Below, one piece after another: positions 56,126 through 64,000 of a stretch of 64,000 nt of DNA (positions are counted from its first letter, which is position 1; each line of letters starts with the position of its first letter). The position numbers were made by a program, and so were the translations under genes. The notes beneath the pieces are model-generated. The model saw only the letters and a program-made list of their open reading frames with translations. It searched no databases and had not been told where the DNA came from. The stretch is from Antechinus flavipes (Eukaryota). The stretch is taken from assembly GCF_016432865.1 (NCBI RefSeq), contig NC_067400.1, forward strand, positions 624,154,001-624,218,000, in the 5' to 3' direction.

Positions 56126-56661
56126 CTGGGCTGAGCTTCCCTTAGTTCTTGCACTTTATTCCTCCCCTGCCTCCAGCCTCCAGATCAGGGGTCTTCCAGG
56201 GGGTCTCCCAAGCATATTTCCAAGGCCTTCTGAGCAAGAGGGACTTCCAGCGGGGCCCCTTCCCTTGCTAGCCCAGGGCTGACGATGGTCCCGGAGGACC
56301 CCGCCCGGGGGGCGGGTGGAGGGGCCAGTTTGTGAGTGTGTGAGTGTGTGCAGGTCTGGTCGAAATAAAATACTGTCGTGTCAATGTAGACCTGGGTACG
56401 GCTCCAGCCTCCTTCCCCTTCGGCCGTCCCTTCCCAGCACCCCCCAGCCCTTCCCCTCAGTCACCGAGGAGGTGGGAAAGAGGAGAGCGGGACTGTGCTG
56501 GAGACGATCCTTTTTAATTCGGAGTCAATGGCGTCTCCGGGAACGGAAGCCAAAGCACCTCAGACTCTCCCCCTCCCTCCCCAACCTCCCCCCACCCGAG
56601 TCAGGACTACAAGCGCAAAGCATGCTGGGTAGGAGCCAGGGTTCGGGGCCCCAGCTCGGGC

Positions 56662-59109
56662 TCACATGAAGTTGTTGGGCAGAGCAGCGGGGGAGAGGGG
56701 CTCCAGGCGCGGCGGCGAGGAGGTCCTGCCCGGGGGCGGGGGCAGCTTGGGAGGCAGAGGGGGAGTGCTGGGCGGCTGCTTGGTGGCGATGTGGGAAGGA
56801 ACCCAGGCGTCCGGAGCGTAAAAGTGGAGGTCATAAGGATCCTTCGGGGCGTCCAGGTGCAGAGCTTTGGGAGACATTGGGGGCAGGATAGCTGAGCTCG
56901 CCTCCTTCCCCAGTGCGGTGGGGAAGGGGGAGGTCGGGGAAGCTGCCTTTGGGTGGGAAACCCCCACCCAAGGCACTGCTGGGGAAACTGAGGCTTGGAG
57001 AATGCCCAAGGTGGCCGGGGAAGGAAATGCCCGGAGCCCGGGCTCAGCCGCGGGACTGCTGGCATCAAAGCCAGTTCCCTTCTCCGGGCATTCCCCACTG
57101 GCCCGGCTGCTTCCAGACCCACCCGGAACTGTCTGGGTCGTGCCCAGACGAGGGAAGACTCGTGTCGCCCATTTCCCTGCTTTTTACACGTAAGAAAACA
57201 GGGCAGGAAAGGAAGCCGCAGCTCTCGAACCCAGGACCTGAAACTCCGAACCTAACTCTCCACTCCGAGGAAAGTCCTCCCTTCGGTGCGGACGCCGCCC
57301 TTCTTTCTGCAGGGCCCCTCCCCCACTGCTCCTATCCAGGCCCTTCTCCCTCCCCTCTGATGGCCGGTGCTGCCTTTTTCCTTCTCCCCCAAATGAAGAG
57401 CGAGGAAGAAAGCTGGGAGTGGAGCGCGGGGGGAGGAAGCCTCTCACCCCTGAAATACCTGGATAAGGGCTTTGGACAGGAGGTGGAGTCTACCTGGACC
57501 AGGGGCGGGGCCTGGAGAGGGAACGGGGCCTACCTGAGTGGGGGAGGAGCCTTGAGAGAAGGCGGGGTCTGCCTTGGAGGGGGAGGGGCCTATCTGAGTG
57601 AGGAGGGGCCTTGAGAGGAGGCGGGGTCTACCTGGGATGGGGGTAGGGCGGGGCTTTCGCTCACCCGGCTCATCGCTGTCATTCGGCAGCCGGTGGTGGC
57701 CAAAGGGTCTCGAACGGGCAGCCCGGCGGTATAGACACCAAAGCAGCAGGAAAACTCCGAGCAGGAGCCCGGCCCCGGCCAGGAAGAGGCACAGAGCCCC
57801 GCCTCCCGCGCCCCGAGGCCTTCCCACCAGGGTCACACCTGTAGGGGCCGGGAGAGAAGCTCAGCCTCCTGTCCAAGGCCCCATCCGCGCAATCCTCCTG
57901 GCTCGCAGCCTGGCAGACCCAGGAGTCCCCTCTCCCAGGCCCGTCCCCTCCCCGGGTGTCCGGTATCTCAGCCCCAGCCCCGGGCCTAAGCTGACCCAGG
58001 TAGTCAGCGTCACAGGGTCCCCGTCCCTGAGCTCCCAGACCTAAGAGCACCCAGAGGGTTCACTTCCCTCCCCCTCCCCCATCCCCGGGCCGAAGCGGAC
58101 CGAAGCATCTCTTCCAGCCCCGCCCCGGCGTCCCCAGCCCCTCCCAGGCCCTCACCAGTCTCCTGAACTCTCTCCACTACGATGATGGTGTTCACAGTGT
58201 CTCCATGGCGCCGCGGGAGGGGTCTGGGCCGGGCTGGCGGACCAGGGGGAGGCGGGGGTTCCAGGAGCCGGGCGACTGCGGGGAGTGGATCCTGAGGGCC
58301 TTGAGAGGGTGGAGGGTCTGGCTGTCGGGATTCTTGGCGGGGGGTGTCGGGAGACCCAGAGTGGTTAGTCATGGAAAATTGTGGGGAGCTGGCTCTGGTG
58401 GGGGTCGCTGACTGCAGATGGGGCACTTCTGGAAGGGCGGGGCTGGGGATGGCTCGGGATTCTGGGGGGGGTGTTTCTGGGCCCTCAGACTGAAGAACCA
58501 CGGAGGAGTCTGGATGCGGCACCTCTGGGGGATCAGAAGTTTGTGGGTGCATGGATTCTGGGGGTTCGGAGCTGGGGGTCCCAGGAGCTGGGCCGGGTGT
58601 CCCCGAGGGCTCATGCTTAGAGGCACCAGGGGACACTGGGGTGGAAGCTTTCAGAGGGGTGTCGGAGGCTTCTGGGGAGACAGAGGTGGGGGCCTCGGAG
58701 AGGTCAGGATTGGGGCTCGCATGGGGCTCTGGGTGTGCGGCTGAGTCAGAAGTGGGAGCTCCTAGATGTAAAGTCTCAAGGGGATCGTGGGACTCTGGCT
58801 GGGAAGGTGTTGGCGGGACAGGGCCCGAGACTGCCAGGAATTCTGGCTGTCCAACCCAGGAGTAGCAGGGCCCGGGCTTTCATAGGGTTCTGTTGGGGAA
58901 GTTTTGGGGGGGATAGAGTGGGGGACTTCAGTCGATTCCCATTGCTGGGGGGTCGGGGCGGGGGTGTCTGGAGGGGAGGTCGCTCCAAGGACCTCCGCTT
59001 GGTACGGCTTCGAGGGCTCCGGAGGCGGCGGAACTGAGGGGGCTGCCTCCGAACCTGGGGAGCTCAGATGGAGGAAGAGGAAGACGAAGACGAGCCCCAG
59101 CGATCTCAT
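56662..59109 (-). CDS. GFY: Golgi-associated olfactory signaling regulator (Goofy); 1-nt frameshift in the first coding exon as assembled
   Basis: Exons 58156-59109, 57665-57838, 56662-56864. Signal peptide [17 protein letters not shown], Pro/Ser/Glu-rich lumenal domain, [48 protein letters not shown], tail [38 protein letters not shown] at 56513-56518. Confidence 0.95.
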
Positions 59110-61274
59110 AGCGCACAAACTGAGCCTCACCTGAGCGGGCGAAATTGGGGGACTGAGGGATTTGGAGCCACACCCGGGGCTGTCCCCGCCCCAAATGGCT
59201 CCCATTGGTCCTCACGATCCCCCACCCCCTTCGGAGCCCCTCAGCGGGGGACCAGCGCGTTATCCCTCAGGGAAGAGTGGGGCTGAACTACAACTCCCAG
59301 GGGGCTTCCGGGCACCAGAGCTCGCAACGCAGGGAGACTGAAGTGCCGAGCATCATGGGACCCGTAGTCGGCCCCCTTCCCCGAGTTGCGTGCGTTCCCA
59401 AAGGGCGAGGTCTGGAGGGGCGAAAGGGGTGGGGGGAGTCTCCGCGTTCCCCAGTCCTCGACCCCGAGCACTGCCTTCTCAGTTAGGTCCGGAGAGCCGA
59501 AGCGGGGAGCGGTGGGCAACGCCCTTCCCCCATCCTCCCGTACCCCCGGGGGACAAAGCCGGCTTTCACTTGTTTACACTCGAAGTTGCTCGGAGACCCG
59601 CTAGGGAAGAAGACGCGGGGGTCCCCGAGGGGCGGAGGCTGGGGGGAGGGGAAGCCTGTGCACCAGAAAGCGAGGACTGGGGGGTCTGAACGCCTCTGCG
59701 TGGGGGGAGCCGGGGAGTGGGGGGAGGCTCAGATTGGGGACCAGGTAGAGGGAACGGGCGCTTGAACTCTGAGGAGTGGGTCAGCGGCTGCTGCTGCCTC
59801 GGCCACTGAGCTCGACTTGAGTGACCTTGGTCACTTTCACCTCTTCAAGGCGTCAGTTTCCTCACCTCTAGGATCTGGGCTGGGGAGGACCCCTAAGATC
59901 CCTTCGGGGGATCCCCTCACGGGAAGGGGCCAAGGGGCTACATTTGTGGCTACTCCCTTTGGGGCCCCTCGCGTCCTGCCTGGGCCCCGGACGCCTCGCT
60001 CACTTGGTGGGGGTCGCTGGATCCCTGAGGAGAGGAAGGGGGTGGAAGAGGGCCAGACTCGGCGGGTCCCTGGATGGGGGTTATGGAGGTGGGGCAGAGC
60101 GCCCGGGCTCCTTACTGGGCCGGGCGGGGGGCGCGGGGTCCTTACCTGGGGCAGGGCTGAAGGAGCAGCAGCAGCAGGTGTACAAAGCTGGACCCGGCAG
60201 GTGAGCTGTGGAGACAAGGAGACAGGCGGGGCCTTGGGGAGGGGGTGACGCACCTGACTGTCCTTCCCTAGAGAATCCCGGTGCCTGGCGACCGGCCCTG
60301 CTCTTAAAGGGACAGAGCGGGGAAGGCGCGAAGGAGCCCAAGCTCCCTGGCTGTTCCGCCCCACGCGGGGCCGCGGGCGATTTCCTCCCCTCTTTCCCGG
60401 GGCATCCAAGTGTTGTTCCCGCTTCCCCTCACTGATCTTTGCTCTTGGGAGCTCGCGGCGCCCTCGGGGCCACTTGACGGCCACGTTTCTATTGGGGACG
60501 CATTTAGGCTCAGCGCCGTCCCACCTCCACTCCCTTGGGCCCTGAGAAGCGGGGTGGGCTGGGTGGTTCGGAAGGTCAGGGGCAGAGGCCGGCAACCACG
60601 CCCCTCCCCTTTCCCGAGGCGGTTCGTGTGGCCTCGACGTGGCTCCCACGGCCGACCTGTCTGGGCTGGAGGCGGCCTCCGTGGGTCCCTCCCTCTCTGC
60701 CCATCTGCCCGCCCGTCCTTTCCACTCTTCTCCCTGTTTCTTTGTCGGTGGGACCCGCGTCTAACTCTCACTGGCCGCCCATCCCTCCCATCCCTCCCCT
60801 CTTCCTCCTCCTCTGCGTCTCTGGCCTCGTGTGCCCCCTCTGCTGCTCCGAGCCGCCCTTTCCCGAGTCATTGCTCAGCTCGGTCTCCCGGCCCCCAGTC
60901 CCCACGTCTCCGCTTGCTTCCTGTGTCCATTCGGCTCCCTCCCCTCTCCCCCTCTCGCCATCCCTCTCCCTCCCAGCCCCGGCCCCTCCCGGGCCCAATT
61001 AGGGCCGGCTTGGGCTCGGGCCGGCTCGGCCTCCCCCGCTCTCTGCTGCTCATTAGCTGCGGCGCAGCCTAATGAGGCTGGGGGCGGCGTGACCCTGCGG
61101 CCCTGGCCGGCCGGGCCTGCGTCAGCGAAGGCCTTTATAAGGGCTCGGGGGGTGGCGGAGACGAGCTGCGCCTCGCTCGGGACTCCACCGCACGGGTACG
61201 GGCCGGGCCTGCCGGGAGCCTGGAGGGGAGGGGCGGGCAGAGCCGCTGAACAGGACTTGTGTCCCCCACAGGTG

Positions 61275-62071
61275 ATGGAGAGCTCCAGGAGCCGGGGCCC
61301 CGCCGGCGCGGGCTGCTGCTGCTGCTGCTGCTGCTGCTGCCGCCTGGGATCCCCGGCGCCCCCGGGGCTCTTCCGCCGCGGCCCGAGAGCCCCAGGTGAG
61401 TATGGGGGTGCGGGCCAGCTGCACTCTCCCGGGCCCCAGCAGAGACCCCGGGAGGGGCAGGAACTCCGGCCTCCTAGAACGACCCGGACTGAGAGACGGG
61501 GAGCTTGAGACGTGAGGTGCGCCCTGACAGACCCTGAGAGAGAGCAGCGGGGCGAGGGAGACGCTGAGAGACACCGGCAGAGGCGGACAAGGCGGCACCC
61601 AGGGGGGCTTGAGAGCCAGCGACAGAGAGGGACTCTGAGGGACCGGGGGAGGGGCTCGGAGAGACGGGAAGGGACCGGGACCAGGCTGGGGAGCGGGAGC
61701 GGGGGAGGGGCCGACGATCCCTGCTCTTTGTGACTGAAGGGGGTGGGGGAGCCGGGGCGCCCATCTCCCCTCCCCCTCTCTGCAGCTCGTGGTTCCCGTG
61801 GGTGCCGCCACCCGCGTCTCTGACCCTGCGGGACTGGAGTCTTCAGCTGACGGGGGAGGCGGGCCCCTCGCGGGCCCCCGGGCGCCGCCCCCAGACCGAG
61901 CCCCGGCCGCGGGGCCCCGCCCCGAGCGCCGGACCCCAAAGGCGCCTGGTGGTGGCGGACGACGCGGCGTTCCGGGAGCGCGCCCGCCTGCTGGCCGCCC
62001 TGGAGCGGCGCCGCTGGCTCAACTCGTACATGCACAAGCTCCTGGTGGTCAGCGACGCGGCCGCCGACTGA
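61275..62071 (+). CDS. PTH2: Parathyroid hormone 2 / TIP39 precursor; 1-nt frameshift before the signal-peptide Leu run as assembled
   Basis: Coding exons 61275-61395 and 61786-62071. Mature-peptide region ADDAAFRERARLLAALERRRWLNSYMHKLLV; (CTG)9 signal peptide. TATAA at 61136-61140, probable non-coding first exon (donor about 61196), AATAAA at 62090-62095. Confidence 0.95.
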
Positions 62072-62994
62072 GGCTCCCCGCCCCCCCTCAATAAAAGTGC
62101 CCTGCTTTTCTCAGCTTCGCTGTCGTGGTTGCTCGGGGGGGGGGGGGGGGGGACGGAGCGCGGGTCTGCGCGCCACCCTGGCCGGCCCGGGGCCTCCCGC
62201 TGCCTCAGCCCGCCCCTCTCGTGGGCCCAGGGCCGGGGTGTCGGCTCTCCGGGCTGCGCCCCGCCTCAGGCCCCGGCTGGACGGCTGCTCTTCCCGCTTC
62301 CGCGGCCGGCTCTTGGGCTCGTCTGTAGCTCCCCGTTGTTCTTGGCCTCTCATGGGTTTTCTGGGCTCTGGGACCCGTTCTCCTCTCCCTCCCCTGCCCA
62401 CTTCTCCAACCCCCTCCCCGCTCCATCCCCTCCGCCCCAGATAGGAAAGCAGAGGGCTGCAGTGGGCGGGAGGGGGCGCCGGAGGGATTCGGTTGCCCCA
62501 CGTGACTTGGCCCCCAATCCCAGGAGTCCAGAGGGGCTGTGATGGGCACAGCCCCGGCCTTGGTCTGGAGCTAACTGGTCGCTCAGCCAAATAAAAGGTG
62601 CCCGAAGCCTGACCCTAGGGTTCCTGTGTCTGGAAGGTTCCATCTTAGGTAGAAGAGGCCTCCTGGTCTCAGTTTCCCTGCTGCAGGACCCTGAGAGTCC
62701 TTCCCAGCTGGGACGGCCTAGGAGGGACCTGGGAGGTGGCCCAAGTTCCAACAGCCCCATTTTCCCAGAAGAACCTGGGGGAAGCCGGGGCCCTAAGGGG
62801 CAGAGCCACAATCGGAACAGTCAGCAGTCGGGCCCCTGCAGGGCCCCTGAGTACGGGGCTGTGATGACTCACGTGCCCGATTCCAGGGTGCCGGCACCCC
62901 AAGTGACTCACTCTCAGTGCCGCCGCCCTCCCCCCAATAACAGCACTCCGGGACGGGGCATGGAGGGAGTTTATTGGATCAGAGACTTCGGGGC

Positions 62995-63603
62995 TCACAC
63001 TGGTGGGGTCTGGAGGTAATGCAGCTGGAGTTGGGGCCAGGCCAGAGGCCTGGAGGAGACCAGGACCAGGAAAGAGAGCAGCAGCAGCAGGAACAGGAGG
63101 CCCAGGATGGGAGGCTGGGCCCCTGAAAAGCTGGGAGTCCTGGGGAAAAACAGACACAGCCAGAGGAAATAGGCTGGGGGCTGTCCTGCCCGCGCCCAGG
63201 CTGGAAGCCCAAAGGAGCCTACCTGTGTCTCGGGGCAGCCAAGGGGAGAGGGTAGATCTGTCCCCAGCCTGTCCTCCTCTCGGCCGAAACCAGTTGGCTC
63301 ATTACAGGCTCCGAGGCCTGATGGACAGCGGGCTCGCTGGGGCTGCTGGGAGCAAAGGAAGCCGAGGGCACCCTCAGCACCCAGACAGGGAGCTGGCCCG
63401 CCGGCCATTTGGCCCGGGAGAGAGACAGAGAGAAGGCAGAGAGACACGTGGCCAGACCCAGAGGCCAGGTCTCGGCCCCGGCCAGCGCCCTCCCCACCAA
63501 AGCGGCCCAGCCTGCCCCCCACTGCTGGGCTTCCTCACCTCCCAGCATCAGGGCAGGTCCTATCGTCAGGCTGCGGTCCCCAGAGGGCGGTTGGGTGTCC
63601 GGC
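62995..63603 (-). CDS. KASH5: KASH domain-containing protein 5 (CCDC155), last exons only; gene continues right of the window
   Basis: Exons 62995-63139 (TM ILGLLFLLLLLSFLVLV + KASH peptide WPQLQLHYLQTPPV-stop), 63223-63345 (VHQASEPVMSQLVSAERRTGWGQ) and probably 63539-63603. Minus-strand AATAAA at 62970-62975. Confidence 0.9.
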
Positions 63604-64000
63604 CTGAGGGAGCAAAGGGGCTGACCTGAGGTACAGCGTCTAAAGGGCCGCTCAGATGAGTCACCCTGGAGCCATCACCAGCCGGTCACAGCCAGGAGCC
63701 CCAAAGTAACTGGGGCAGTCACAGAGTTGTCATCTTCCACCAGGGCCCCCGGCTCCCACATCCAAAGCTTTTCTCTTGCCTTCAGTTCCCAGTTTTCAAG
63801 TCCTGAGCGTTCCCCCTCCAAGTCTCCTGCCTCCATTTCTTTTTCACCTCCACATGTCTGGCTTTCATGACCCTTCCCTCCCTGTTCCCATAGCCCCTTC
63901 CCTGCGACAGGCCCTAATCATCTTCCCCAGGTGTAGCCCCAAAAGGCTCCTTAGCTCTGCTCTCAGCAGATTTATTCTTTGCACTGGTAACTTGGGAGAT

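Overview
Very GC-rich, gene-dense vertebrate genomic DNA, almost certainly marsupial: it carries Mar1/WSINE-type CORE-SINEs plus MIR and L2 relics, and the proteins are mammalian but clearly diverged from eutherian ones. The window is syntenic with human 19q13.33. Gene order reconstructed exon by exon from splice signals and protein homology: IZUMO1(-, 3' end off-window), FUT1(-), FGF21(+), BCAT2(-), HSD17B14(-), PLEKHA4(-), PPP1R15A/GADD34(+), a 375-N gap, SLC17A7/VGLUT1(+), GFY(-), PTH2/TIP39(+) and the 3' end of KASH5/CCDC155(-). The second block is inverted relative to the human order. The standout feature is an extra gene I do not know from the eutherian locus: a single-coding-exon RING/B-box2/coiled-coil/PRY-SPRY (TRIM39-like) ORF, antisense inside BCAT2 intron 1. 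Splice, promoter and poly(A) signals suggest its transcript interleaves with the whole 5' half of BCAT2. Also notable: a GADD34 5' leader in which a Pro-Pro-Gly-stop element overlaps the main ATG (ATGA), four perfect CRE palindromes in the GADD34 promoter, an FGF21 that naturally has Arg98 and Gly171, and an IZUMO1 with no visible ATG. Several genes (FGF21, PLEKHA4 two or three times, GFY, PTH2, possibly the GADD34 uORF) are each out of frame by exactly one missing base at G/C homopolymers, which most likely reflects long-read consensus error rather than pseudogenisation. All homology calls are from remembered reference sequences, not database searches.
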